A stretch of DNA of 63,550 nucleotides, filler included, from Hyphochytrium catenoides (Eukaryota; Protista; Hyphochytriomycota): the NCBI GenBank assembly GCA_900088475.1. It is 10 parts of 10 records of this genome, joined end to end, with 100 filler letters (N's around TTAATTAATTAA, not from the genome) between each part and the next. Parts side by side here need not be neighbours in the genome. Positions count along the whole stretch, not along the records: positions 19,317 to 29,219 come from FLMG01001618.1; positions 29,320 to 30,622 come from FLMG01002119.1; positions 30,723 to 32,083 come from FLMG01003889.1; positions 32,184 to 34,470 come from FLMG01000298.1; positions 34,571 to 36,416 come from FLMG01003028.1; positions 36,517 to 41,364 come from FLMG01003135.1; positions 41,465 to 44,896 come from FLMG01001572.1; 3 more parts are not named here. The stretch is one strand, 5' to 3'. How positions within the stretch are numbered: position 1 is the stretch's first letter; each line of letters begins with the position of its first letter. The notes beneath the pieces were generated by a model, which saw only the letters and a list, made by a program, of their open reading frames with translations, made no database searches and was not told the origin of the DNA. This document shows, in pieces, positions 29,029 to 41,709 of the stretch. Made by a program: the position numbers and the translations under genes.

Positions 29029-29338
29029 GTGAGGGAGGCACTCTCTCTCTCTCTCTTTCTCTTTTCTCTCTCCCTCCCCCCTCTCTCTCTCTTTTCCGTC
29101 CCGTCTTCCTTTTGATTTTTCCTCTCTCTATGTACCTCGTCGTCTCTGCTACATAACCTCTTTCTCTCCTCTTTCTCCGTATTTCTCTCTCAGTCTCTCG
29201 CCTTCTATTCTGTCTTCCGNNNNNNNNNNNNNNNNNNNNNNNNNNNNNNNNNNNNNNNNNNNNTTAATTAATTAANNNNNNNNNNNNNNNNNNNNNNNNN
29301 NNNNNNNNNNNNNNNNNNNCTGGTGGAGATACTCTTAG

Positions 29339-29391
29339 GTAAAACCCTGGCTAAGTGACGGCCTAGTAAAACCCTGGCTAAGTGACGGCCT
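29339..29391. repeat. 27-bp tandem repeat, 2 copies
   Basis: gtaaaaccctggctaagtgacggcct occurs twice near the contig start. Confidence 0.85.
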
Positions 29392-29499
29392 TGATTAAAT
29401 ACCGGTTTCTGGATGGGATGCTCCTGAACTAGCGGTGTGTTCGTCTGGGTATGCTAGTTCACAATACTAGAATTACAGCTAACGTCCCCCCCCCTTCCC

Positions 29500-30600
29500 C
29501 AAAGTACCTACCCTCCTCTTGCCGCTAAAAGGACTTATAGAACTAGAACTACCCTGCTTTTTCTGTTCGCTGCCTTCTAGTGGAGATTGGCCAGAGAAAG
29601 AGAAGCAAGTGAACAGGAACTACGACACCACCGCGGTAAATACAAGGCGGAGAGGAGGCCCTTTCCGTACAGAGAGCGACAGCATTCACGCAAACGGACT
29701 GTTGTCAATCATCTTCCGCCACCAGAAGGCAACAGGCGCACAATGAGTTCCATGCTAACCAGGAACTGCATCATGCCTCTTGCTAAGTGGTATTATTGGC
29801 TCTTGACCAGCTGAAGAAGATAGTGACGTGCTAAACTTTCTCAATCCCAAGACAAACAGAGGGGATCCTGCAGTACCAAGTGCCGATATCCCTATATTTT
29901 AAAACGATAAGCCCTTGCCAGTCCAGCTCAGACTCAAGAAACACCTTGCGCGAAGAGCAAGAGACTGAAGGCAAGGTTCCAATGCGCAGGCAGACATATC
30001 AGAAGTATCAAAGGGGAACACGAATGAGGACATCCCTCATAATCCTTGAAGTGATGAGAAAGGGCTACTACCACGACATCCAACGTTACGTGAACTCACT
30101 TAAACGCACAACACAGGGACAGCAATTTTCAATTCCGCCATGGCATCGCTGCTGAACCTTTTGCCTGGTGCTTATTTCTCTATAGCTTGTCCTTGATCTC
30201 TGCAGCAGCTCTGGACGAGGAAGACCTACGATATTATGCTCACAATGGCACGCAGCGACTGACAGCGCCAGCAGCAATCAGACAACAAGAAGGATCTGGT
30301 CTTCTCTATATCAAAAGCTTTGGTTCGGCCATCGCAGAGCCAATGCTTGGCTTCTGTGTCTCTGCATTGCAGGATTTGCGAATATGTATGACACAAGTTG
30401 GTCCAGGTAGTCTGGCCCAGTGGCTGCTGCAGGAAAAGAGGGACAGCTTCCGATCATGCCTTCCAACCATCACAAAGATTATAACTCCCTTCCAATCAAT
30501 ATCACCTCTTCGATCATACCGCATCACCTGTGGCGCGAAAGTATACAACTATTTGGGACATGTTAACCGCTTTATGTAGTACTCATCTACCTTCTTTTTT
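29500..30600 (+). pseudogene. Possible degenerate DNA-transposase remnant
   Basis: Broken ORFs on a microsatellite-free contig. YDTTAVNT..RGG resembles the DTTxxNTG catalytic-Asp motif of some hAT-like transposases. Weak. Confidence 0.25.
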
Positions 30601-32183
30601 CCAGTGGCGGCCTCTCTCCGCTNNNNNNNNNNNNNNNNNNNNNNNNNNNNNNNNNNNNNNNNNNNNTTAATTAATTAANNNNNNNNNNNNNNNNNNNNNN
30701 NNNNNNNNNNNNNNNNNNNNNNGGTGTCCTAGAATTCGAACTAGTTAAAGGGCTGCTGCACCATGTTCCAAGGTTTGAAGTTCACTCCTCAACACTGCCA
30801 GGAACATGGACAGCAGTAGGAGACGATCAAGACACCATTCTTTTTTTGTAAGAACCCCCACCCCGTCTATTGCTAAAGAACAGAATTTGGAGCTCGGAAC
30901 AAATGTATTGCCGTTTCTCGGAGCTAGCGATAAGGAAGTGGACCAGGCTTAGGGTAGCTAAGTCGACGCTCTTTTTGTGGTTACGTGCTGTCCTGGTGGT
31001 GCGCTTATGCAGTGCTGCAGCTGCAGTTCCACCACGGTCCTACCGATCCTGGCTACAGTGAGAAGAGGTCCCAACCGTCAGTGACATAACATCGGGAGGA
31101 GCGACAGGCACTTTAGAATGTCTCCATAAGTGAGAAGAGAGACTCGACAGTGAAATCCGACAAACCCAATCACTTGAAACCTGTGACAGAACAGACAGAT
31201 CTTGGCAAAGGCCGTCAGGGATAGAGCATCCTCTTGGGTGCGTTTCAATTTGTCACTATATCTGCGGCCAAGCAATACGCTGCTTCTTCACTTTGCACAG
31301 AGATACCCATCCCTCCGCCTCTGCCTTCATGCCTATCAACAATGGGTCAGTGAGCTGATTTTGCTCACCGGTGTCGTGGCATGGCATGCCGGAGCAAATG
31401 TAGCGTCGATCGCCATTGATACTCGCTCCTGTTGACTCCCGGCAAGAGCTCTTGTCATATAATGATATTATCAAATGTAACGACGGTGTCTTCGTCTTGA
31501 TCCCTCGGTGCCAAAAGAAGCATCTTGATTGGTCAATGGTATAGCTGTCACCCAATCATAAGTGGCCAGACGAGAGTCTGAGCCAATCAGCTTGAGCCAT
31601 CGATGACCATTATCTTTCAATTATTTCACGAAAAGCTCGTTATTTGGCAACCTGTACTAAATTAGGGAGGAGAAGGCTGAAAGGTTCAAATGCAACACTG
31701 AAACATATCAATCACTGTGACACTTGAATGGGCTATGATGGTGGGCTCTTTCCATTCCTACTGTACTGATTTACCTCTGATAACCTACCTCTCTCCTCCG
31801 GAGCCAAGCGGATCGCACCATAGTAACAGAGATGAATGAGGTATGGTCATGGACGTACTAGTCAACGCCAAAGTCCTTAACACGTAATGGGTGGGCACGA
31901 TTGTCGAATCTTCTTGGTATCTCTTATACATGGACTTCCTTTGGCAGTGAAAGAGCTTTGGGGCATACCTTACAGCGTCACATAGTATCTGTCTCCTTGA
32001 TACTTAGGAGAGGCTTGTCGATACTCAGTGCTGACTACGGTGAAGACAACTGAATAAAGGTGTGGTTTCTAGGTATTTTTTGTNNNNNNNNNNNNNNNNN
32101 NNNNNNNNNNNNNNNNNNNNNNNNNNNTTAATTAATTAANNNNNNNNNNNNNNNNNNNNNNNNNNNNNNNNNNNNNNNNNNNN

Positions 32184-32794
32184 GGAATACAAGCCGTCAA
32201 TGTATGGGCCAAGGGACCTCTCTCTTTCTTTCTCTCTTTCTTCGGACCACTCTCTCTTCTCTGTATTCTTTCCTCGTAAGCTCTTTATTTTTTCTCTCCA
32301 GCTTTGCCTCTTGCGTCTATACCTTGCTCTGTGTGCTCTCTCTCTCTCTCTCTCTCTCTCCCTCTCTCTCTCTTCCTCTTCCTCTTTCTCGTTGCGTCTG
32401 TCTGGGTTTTGCTCTCTCTTACGCTCCTCACCATCTCCCTCTCTCTCTCTCTCTCTCTCTTCCTTTCTCTCTTTCTCTTCGATGGGCTACTTTAACCTTT
32501 GAAAGCACCACGCTCAGCGTCTCCTTTCCATCGTGGAGCTCTCTGCAGTAAATAGCTGCTTTCCCTGCTTCCAAGGTAAGCGACCAAAACTAAAGAGAAG
32601 CAGGAGAGAGACAAGAAAAGAGAGAGACAAGATAGGAGAGGGCGAGAGACACAAAAGAGAGAGAAAGAGAGAGAAAGAAAATAGAGGCCGTCGTTCTTTT
32701 ATAAAAAGAAAGAGAAATCAAAGTCAGCTGAAAATGAGGCAATCTGAAAAAGGAATATTAAAGCTATTCCAAAAGTTATCAGGAGGAGGAAGAG

Positions 32795-32853
<59 letters not shown>

Positions 32854-33508
32854 AGAAAGAGAGAGTGAGAAAGATAAAAACGGACTTTCTGGGATCCCCC
32901 CTTCAGTTCTTCAATGAGTTATAGACCAGAATCTCCTTTTTTTTCTAAAACTCCATTCGTCCTCTCTTTCTCTCTCTCTCTCTTGATTCTCTCTATCAAT
33001 TGATCTAACCCTTCTCCGTTTGCTCTACCAACCGCAATCTCTCTCTCTCTCTCTCTCTCCCTTTTTAAAGGTCGTAAGCCTCAGAAGGTGCTGGACGATC
33101 TCCGCCGCCGCTTGTTTGTCGGCTCCAGCCCTGAGGCTCTGAGAGCACAGGCTCTCTCTCTTGTCACGCAGAGCTACAACTCCTTTGGAACGCGGCAGTA
33201 AGTTAACTTTCTCTCTCTCTCTCTTTTCTCTCTCTCGTTGTCTCTCTCTTTCAGACTCTTCCCTCTTTCTACTCTCTCTCTCTAGGATTTGACTTTTTGG
33301 TCTGATGCTTCTCCTGCTAACTCTCTTTGTCTATTTATCTGCGTCCCTGGTCCTATTCTCTTCACTCATGCCCTCTCTTTTTCTCTCCCTCGCTCTCTTT
33401 TACCTCTCTCTCTCCCGGTTTCTCTCTCTCTCTCTCGTTCTCTGACGCTTTCACTTTTGCCATAGGTACGATCGTTTTCAAAAGGCGACAAATGGAATAT
33501 TGCCTTAG
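32184..33508 (+). CDS. PI4KB: Phosphatidylinositol 4-kinase type III (beta-like), C-terminal exons only
   Basis: Exons 32184-32201, 32506-32575, 33071-33197 and 33466-33508 give GIQAVNHHAQRLLSIVELSAVNSCFPCFQGRKPQKVLDDLRRRLF...SYNSFGTRQYDRFQKATNGILP*, the typical PI4K III C-terminus (T..YD.FQ..TNGI). Confidence 0.85.
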
Positions 33509-33522
33509 AAGGCATCGAAGCT

Positions 33523-33561
<39 letters not shown>

Positions 33562-33920
33562 AATTTTTAATAAGTTCTCTTAACTCTTTCAACGTTTTAA
33601 GAAACTATTCCCCTCTCTCCCTTTCTCTTCCTCTCAACTCCCTGATAACCCATAGAGGGTGCTAGACAGAGAGAGAGAGAAAGAGGACAAGAGGAGAAAC
33701 TAAGTAAGAGAGAAAAAGGGAAAGTCTGGGGGTAAGAGATCGATAAAAACCAATAAACTTAGTCCAGGGCAAAGAGCAAAAATTTGATCACTCTCTCCTC
33801 TCTCCCTCTCTCATCTCTTTCGCTCTCTCTCCTCTTTCTCTCTCTCTCTCTAATCTCTCTCTCTCTCTCCTTCTCTCTCTCTTATCTCCTCTTCTGTGCA
33901 TTAAGTTTCTTCTGTTCCTT

Positions 33921-33958
<38 letters not shown>

Positions 33959-34229
33959 GTTCATGTACAAGCGAATGGCCTACCCTTATTGATGGACGAG
34001 AAAGAGATAAAGAGACACGAATAGTTAAAGAGAGAGAGAGAGAGAGAATAAGAGGCTCTACTGTTCAAAGACAAGCAGGAACATAAAAGAGAGAGAAGCA
34101 GAAGAAAAGAGAGAGAGAGGGTCAACGGAAAGGAAATAGAGAGCCTCGGGAATACCCGCTGCTGCCCTTCTATCATTATGTTATGATCCGGGCCCTGATA
34201 ATAAAGAGCGGGCTTGGCCTTCGTCTTCT

Positions 34230-34273
<44 letters not shown>

Positions 34274-34374
34274 ACCTCTCTCTCTCCCGCTCTCTGTCTT
34301 TCATTTTCTTTGAGCCCTTGTATTCTTTCTTATCTCAAGAGCTACGAGTAATGAGAGGGAGAGAGAGTGGGGAA

Positions 34375-34451
34375 ATGCCCTTGTAGTAGGGGAAAGAGAG
34401 AGATAATGCCCTTGTAGGGGAGGGAGAGAGAGAGAATGCCCTTGTAGGGGA
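34375..34451. repeat. Three copies of atgcccttgtag separated by (AG)n
   Basis: Seen directly; adjacent to a gap. Confidence 0.7.
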
Positions 34452-34999
34452 GAGAGAGAGAGAGAGAGAGNNNNNNNNNNNNNNNNNNNNNNNNNNNNNN
34501 NNNNNNNNNNNNNNTTAATTAATTAANNNNNNNNNNNNNNNNNNNNNNNNNNNNNNNNNNNNNNNNNNNNAGAAAGAGAGAGAGAAAGAGAGAGAGAAGA
34601 AATGAGGGAAAGCGAGTCAGTACCTAGGAGTACTAAGAGTGGGCTGTAAGGACGATGTTGGAGTAAGGTCGGAAGGCGATGTAGAGTGATGAGAGAGAGA
34701 GAGTTTGGTTGGGGAAGAGAGAGAGAGAGAGACTTCTTGGAGGAGGGATTTGGAAAGAAAGTCGAGAGAGGGAGGAAATGGCAAGCTAGGAGAATAACGA
34801 AGGAAGAGAAGAGAGAAAGGTAAGAAGGAGGAGGAGGATAAAACAGACAGAAGCGAAGAAAGGAGAGCAAGGGAGAAGAGAGAAAAAGAGCAGAAAGGGA
34901 GAAAAGAGAAGAGACACAAAAGAGAAAAGAGAAGAAAGAGACAAAGAAAGAACTGGTGAACAAGCGAGGAAAGAGAACAGTAATATTAAAGAGCCATAC

Positions 35000-35422
35000 C
35001 GCTTTCTTTCTATATTCCTCAGCGTGTTTGCTGAGCTCTGTCTTCTCTGCCTCGAGCCTGGCTAACCGGTCCAACAGAATATCTCTGTCTCCCGCAGTCT
35101 CTCCCCCTCCCCGCGCCTCGACTCTCTCTATGTGTTGCCGCAATTTTTCAATCTCCACTGTCTGCGCCTCGTTTTGCTGCCGAAGATCTGTAGCAGTCTT
35201 CTCAAGGCTGGCGCGCACCCTCAACGCGTCCTCCAACTAATTATGGAAAGACGTTGAAGAGAGAGAGAAAGATTGTACAGAGAGAGAGAGAGAGAGAAAA
35301 AAGGGGAGAGAGGAGAAAAAGAAAGAGACAAAAGATTAAGAAGGCACCAGGAGGGACAAGTTAGGTGCAAGGGAGAGAATGGGATTTCGGGGAGCCCCGG
35401 GCAAAAGGCAGTACACGACGCC

Positions 35423-35468
<46 letters not shown>

Positions 35469-36012
35469 CACCTCCTGCCTGCCTTCAATTTGTTTCCCGT
35501 TGTTTCTGTCTTGCCTTTCTCTCAAACTTTAGAACTAACCGCCTTCTTGCATACTCTCTCGCTAGATATCTCCTTCACTTCCTCTAATAACTCTGAGACT
35601 GTCTGCTATATCCTCTCCTCTCTTATATACATCTCTCTCTCTCTCTTTCTCTCCTTCTCCCTCTTTTGTCTTTCTCTTATCTACTCATTCCTCTTTCCCC
35701 AGCCTTTGCCTAGTCCCAAACGGACCTGATTTTGAAGATTAACAAGCTGTTGCGCGGGATCTGTCTCTAGGGAGCCACTCTTCAGCGCTTGGTTCTCTCT
35801 CTCCAGCCGTGCCAGTCTCTCTCTCAGCTCCACCATAGACGTGGTAGCAAACCCTCCGCCTCCTGAAGAGAAAGAGAGATCTTCGTGTTTGAGTCTCTCC
35901 AGCTCCGCCCGCGCCGCTTCTAGTTGTTCTTCTAAGAACTCTTTCCCACCTAACATACGGAGGGAGAGGCTTGACTGAGCAATTACGATCTCACAAAAGA
36001 GAGAGGGAGAGG

Positions 36013-36073
<61 letters not shown>

Positions 36074-36416
36074 AGAGGAACAAGACAAAAGAGAGACAGA
36101 GAGACAACGAGAAATAAAAGACAATTGCGCGCGAGAGAGAGAACAAAGAGGCAGAGAAACAACGGAAACATGCGAAACGAGAAAGAGAACCAGGTGAGTT
36201 GAAGGAGCGAGAAACGTAAGCTGAGCCCCCACTCTTCTCTGTCTCTTCGTTTCTCTTCTCCCTCTCTCTCTCTCTCTCTCTCCCTTTCCACGTTTACCTT
36301 GCGCTGCGTCCAGCTCCTCCTGCAGTCTGCTGACTTTCTGTTCCTTGACGGTGGCGCTTGACTTGAGCTCGAGGAGAGAGGTCTCAAGGTCCACAACCTT
36401 GTCTTTATAGCTCTCA
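35000..36416 (-). CDS. Hook-family coiled-coil cargo adaptor, internal exons
   Basis: Exons of about 36416-36298, 35949-35726 and 35236-35000: YKDKVVDLETSL...ELRERLARLERENQALK...LQNQ|LEDALRVRASLE, resembling the Hook coiled-coil consensus. Confidence 0.65.
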
Positions 36417-36515
36417 NNNNNNNNNNNNNNNNNNNNNNNNNNNNNNNNNNNNNNNNNNNNTTAATTAATTAANNNNNNNNNNNNNNNNNNNNNNNNNNNN
36501 NNNNNNNNNNNNNNN

Positions 36516-36915
36516 NGCTGAGGTTGCTGCCAACAGTAAGTCATCCACATATAGTACAAGGATGAGGAGTTGCTGATCGGACCGTTTGCTGTAGACGCAG
36601 CTGTCCGCCTTTGAACGGGAAAAGCCTTGCTCCGTGAGGAAGCTGTCGATTACATGGTTCCATTCTCGACCGGCTTGTTTTAGTCCATAAAGGCTCTTTT
36701 TCAGCTTGCAGACTAGCTTCTCAGTGCCGGGCTTAATAAAACCGGGAGGTTGCTTCATGTAGATTTCTTCATGGAGTTGTCCGTTTAAGTAGGCCGATTT
36801 GACGTCCATGTGATGAAGCTCCATGTCCAGATGAGTAGCAATAGCCAGGACCGTACGTATGGACGTGAACTTTGCCACTGGGGAGAAGGTCTCTGTGTAG
36901 TCAATCCCTTCTCTT
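36516..36915 (-). mobile_element. Ty1/Copia retrotransposon reverse transcriptase fragment
   Basis: QREGIDYTETFSPVAK, HMDVKSAYLNG, LKKSLYGLKQAGREW and LYVDDLL (RVT_2 motifs). Confidence 0.96.
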
Positions 36916-37811
36916 TGTCGGAACAACTAGCAGAACTGTTCTGAAAGTTAGAAGACGGATTCCCTCCTCCTGTCGAGACGTGGAGGGTCCCGACCATCAT
37001 TTCGTCGGTGACAGCATGTGCGGATTGTCCTCCTCGTCGATAACCACCACTGGTAGCGTCTATGTGTAAGAAACCCAGCCATTTTCGCGTTAATTAGACT
37101 CAAAGAACAATTCCTTCTTCAACGACAGAGATAGGGGTCGTCGTCGTGCCAACGTAATAAGCGAGGCTCTTTGCTCTAGCTTTGTCGTACGAGACATTAT
37201 CACTGATATCGATAAGAATTGAGGCGCCATGCCACTGAGTGTCAGAGGATTACCTATTGAGGAAAACCAGCTCTATAGCGACACGTTAATACTAGACTAT
37301 CGCCAGCCAACCGCGGCTGCGGCACGAAGGGCTGGTGGGGAAGGGCTAGAAGGAGGACAAAGAATGGTACCGTAGGGAATAACGCGGTAAGGCCAGCATC
37401 TTGATAATGATAAACGGGGGAGGAGTGAGGACGTAAGTGACGTCTTCACGGTGGTTGACCAGGGCCTTGGTTCGGACAAAGCGTGTGGAGGACAGAACTT
37501 TTTTCTGTGTGAGCTCAGGACGACCTTTTAGCAGACGAAAAGAGGTTTTATTGGTTATGTCCGAGCTCAGCCGGCGTTCTACATCTAGCCAGCATAATCT
37601 ACCTGAGAAAGAGGGGAGAAAGGGAAAAGGGGAGAAAGGGAAAGAGGGGAGAAAGGGAAAAGGAAGAGTGCATCCTTCGTCAGAGCCATTCGTTGCTGAC
37701 TCTAGTCGGGACTACCCGTCCTGATAGTGCTTTCCAGGAGAAGAGGTTCCATCCCATACACCGGTCGGGTCCAGAGCGATAGCAGCCGTCTGGGGAGATA
37801 TACATATAACA
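36916..37811 (-). mobile_element. 3' LTR (about 896 bp) of the Gypsy element
   Basis: On the minus strand it starts TGTTA immediately after a polypurine tract (AAAGGGGAAGGG, 37823-37812) and ends ...CGACA directly against the Copia RT coding sequence. Confidence 0.75.
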
Positions 37812-37868
37812 CCCTTCCCCTTTGAAAATCTTGGCTCAGTGAAGAAGCTTGGCTATCGTGTCTGCCGC

Positions 37869-40800
37869 CTAGACTCTCCGTCTGGTGCCCCATTTTGCTC
37901 TCGTCGACCGCCGAGGCGGTGGGGTGGTGGTCGCGCTCTTCGACTTGGCGTTGAGAGCATCTGTCAATGGTTTTCCTACATCGTATTCAGGCACCCAAGA
38001 GGCCTCCGCCAAGTCAAAGCCTTTCCATTTAACCAGGTACTCGACGCCGGTCCCAGTGAGACGTATGTCCAACAGCTCTTCTGCCTCGTACACTAGGGCT
38101 TGGGTGGCAGGTTCCACTACCGGAGAAGGGGTTGGAGGCGTTCGAGAAGCAAACTCTTTCGGGTTCGGGTGATAAGGCTTCAACAGGCTGACATGGAAGT
38201 CTGGGTGTTGTCTCGCCATCGCCAGGGGCAGATCCAATGTGTATGTATCAAAATCCTTAGCGGCTATCACCTTGTAGGGTTCACTGTACCGCGGCAGCAG
38301 CTTCCTTTTGGGCCGAAGCCGATCCACTTCGTCCAGGTTATAGTCGGTAGCTAACATGACCTTGTCTCCCACCTTGAATTGCAAAACTGTGCGGTGCGGG
38401 TTGTGAAGTGCCTCCATGTAATCCTGGCTAGCATCCAGACGGTCCTGAGCGACAAGGAGTGATACTCTGATGTTCTCGAGCGTGTCTGCTACGCCCGAGG
38501 GCAATCCATCCTTCTCTACCTGTTGGTGAGAGTTAGTTGTGACGGCAGCGAATGCCGCCATCATAGGTGTCACTGGTAAGTAGCCGTAGGCCAAATAGAA
38601 GGGAGCGAAGCCAGTGGCGGCGTGCTTCCTGCTATTATTATACGCAAACTCGATGAGGTGAAGGTCGCGTTCCCAGTTCGTCATCTTGTAGTCCACATAG
38701 CAGCGTAAGGCAATTAATTCACGATCTCCGTCTGACCACCATCAGTCTGGGGTCTGTGTGACGTAGACATGGCTAGAGAGGTGCCTAACCGTTTCTGAAG
38801 CTCGGTCCAGAATGCACTCGTGAACTTGCTGTCTCTGTCTGGGATGATGACTTGCGGAACACCATGGTGCTTCACCACTTCCTTGAGGTAGAGTAGCGCC
38901 GCCTGCTCGGCTGTTATTGACTTTTTCCTGCAAGGAATGAAGTGCGCGTGTTTAGTAAGTTTGTCAACAACCACCATCACAGCGTCAAACCCTTCTGCCG
39001 TGCGGGGCAGGTCCACAATAAAATCGATCGACACAGTGTGCCACTTGCTCGCAGGGCTCTTGATGGGATGTATGACCCCATGTCTGCGGTTCTTGCTCTT
39101 CGTTCTCGCACAGACGATGCAAGAGTTGATGAAGCGCTTAATGTCTGTGTCCATTCGGGGCCAAAAAAATAGGCGCATTAACTTCTCTTGTGTCGCGTTG
39201 ATACCAGAGTGTGAGTCGTAGACATTGTCGTGTGCCTCCACCAAAAGTTGAGTGACGAGCTCCTTATCTGCCCGGGGAATGCAAATCCTGTCGGCTCCGC
39301 TTCCTTCTCGGAGGGCCAGAATTAAGCTGGTGTTAGGACATAGCGCGAAGCGCTTGAGTCGGGCTGGGGTGACCTTCGTTTTCTTGAAGTATTCGTCCTC
39401 CTGCTCGTAACCCTTCAAGATCCGTTCGCATAGGTCGTCTGCCACCTTCACACCCGCTTCCGAGTAGGTGACTCCTGCAGTGTTAAGCTCTAGCGCTGTT
39501 AAGTGATCTGGTCTCCTGCTGAGGGCATCGGCTACCACGTTGAGTGCTCCCGGGATATATTTCAGGGTCACATCGTAAGTGAGGAGAATGTCTAACCGCT
39601 TCGCTTGGCGGCGATTGAGCGTCCACTGAGACAGGAGGAATGTGAGAGAGTGGTGATCCGTCCACATCTGGAAGAGCTTGTAAGATAAGAGGTGGGACCA
39701 CTCCTCTAAGCAATACGTGATCGCCAGCAGCTCCTTGTCATACACGGAATAGTTNNNNNNNNNNNNNNNNNNNNNNNNNNNNNNNNNNNNNNNNNNNNNN
39801 NNATAATCACTCCTCCAATTGCGAAGTCGGATGCATCCGTGGCCACAATGAACTCGGCATTGGGGTCTGGAATAAGCAAGACTGGGGCCTTCACCATAGC
39901 AGTCTTCAGCGCTTTGAAGGCGGCGTCAGCAGACGCCGTCCACTTGAAGTTTTTCCTGAACTCTTCCGTCGTCAGATCAATGAGAGGGAGTGCTATCTCT
40001 GCGTAGCGTGCGATAAACTTTCTATAAAAGCCTGTCAAACCGAGGAACATCTTCACCTCTTTCACAGAGTTGGGCGTTGGCCAGTCCACCATCGCTTTGA
40101 TCTTGGCCGGGTCAGACATCACCTTACCATCCCCAATGATAAAGCCCAAGAACTTCAGCTCTGATTGGAAGAACCTGCACTTGTCGCGGGCGCAGTAAAG
40201 CTTGTNNNNNNTCGTGCGAGCCGAACAAAGGTGTGTTGAACGCCGTTTTGTGCACGTCTGACTCCGCCACTCGCACCTGATAGTACCCCTTTGTCAAGTC
40301 GATGCTGCTGAAAACCTTGTTTCCATGCAGTTTGGAGACAATGGCATCGAAGGATGGTAAGGCAAAGTTAAATTTCTGGCTGACTTGATTCAGCGCGCGG
40401 TAGTCCACGCAGAAGCGGAACTTGCCATTCTGCCTCACCATCAGCACTGGGGCGCCATAGGGAGAGATAGAGGGCCTGATCATGCCCTTCGCCGTTAGAT
40501 CCTTCAGAGTCTTTCGGAGCGCCTCCAATTCTTCTTCTGGTCCAAGCTTGTATGCGGGGCGGAAAGGCGGCTTTGATCCGGGGGTGATAGGGATGGTACA
40601 ATCAACCACAAGCTCCGGAGGTAGCTCGGGTGGCAGGGGCCCTTCGGGGAAGAGATGAGAGTACTTAGCGTATAGAGCTGCTGCCTCCTTAGGCGCCTCG
40701 TATGGCAAATTGTCGGGAAAGATCTCCTTAAACCTAGCCAACACTTCCTGCGCTTCAAGAGAGTGCAACTCTGTTCCGTGTGCCTCCACCTCCTCAGGGC

Positions 40801-41364
40801 GCATGGACAGCAGGAATAGCTCCGGATCCTCGTCGCGGTCCAGCAGATTACTCAGTTGGGTGAAGGACATCACATTGTTAGAGTCGTAAGGGTCGACCCC
40901 TTTGACCATGCGTCCCTTAATCGTGAGTGATTTTCTTTCACAGTTCACAATAACACCATTATCCTCCACCCAATTCATACCCAGTATGATCGGGAAAGAG
41001 GTCTTCGCGGCTACCGCGAAGGTAGTACGGGAGCTACAGTGCTTGCTGCCTGGAGCGCCTCCCACTCGGAAGCGTACTGAGACTTCGACCTTGGCCCGCT
41101 GGTCAAGCGTAAAAGTCTCACCAGAACCTACCACCGCTCTCCTTGGCGACACCTTCTCCACTGGTATCGACAACCTTGCTGTCGCCACGTCCATATAGCT
41201 TGTTGAGCTCCCAGAGTCCACCATCGCTAGGTGCTTCCGCCCGTTGGCTGAACCGTAATGAAGAGCAGCTCCCTAGAGTCGAAAGGTGATCCCGAAGAGG
41301 AACCAGATGGTAGGGCATCAAACCATTGGTCCTCGTCTGTAGGCCTTTCTGCCATAGGCTCTGG
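37869..41364 (-). mobile_element. Ty3/Gypsy chromovirus pol (protease, RT, RNase H, integrase, chromodomain), frameshifted and gapped
   Basis: MVDSGS (protease); SISPYGAPVLMV, RFCVDYRALN, IDLTKGYYQ (RT); ATDASDFAIG, YDKELLAI, TDHHSL (RNase H); HHCC, SIDFI, DRDSKFTS, HRPQTDG (integrase); YEAEELLD...EYLVKWKGF..EASW (chromodomain, about 37975-38090). Confidence 0.96.
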
Positions 41365-41709
41365 NNNNNNNNNNNNNNNNNNNNNNNNNNNNNNNNNNNN
41401 NNNNNNNNTTAATTAATTAANNNNNNNNNNNNNNNNNNNNNNNNNNNNNNNNNNNNNNNNNNNNTTTTGGCACTCAAAGAGCTGCCCGACACGCGGGAAA
41501 GGGGACACTTCTCTCCGCTCATATATATAGGGTTAGAGTTAGAACTACGCGTAGAACTACCCGTACGGTTGCCGAGGGACCATTGGCAAGGTCGATGCAA
41601 AGCACCACACGGCTCATATAAGTAGGGTTACTTCTGTTATTCATTTCTAAAGTGAGAGTTGACTCCTTCTTTCTCTTCATAACCAACGGCCATTCACATG
41701 AAGCTAGTG

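Noticed and set aside
30723-32083. Broken ORFs on a microsatellite-free contig, possibly a CRN-like or TE remnant
   Set aside because: No identifiable motif; too degenerate to call.
40202-40215. Gypsy RT lacking the YxDD catalytic motif
   Set aside because: The missing segment coincides with an N gap, so this is most likely an assembly gap rather than biology.
41365-41464. Apparent linkage of the Gypsy element with the YR-helicase gene as one composite element
   Set aside because: They are separated by an artificial contig spacer, so the adjacency is not biological evidence.
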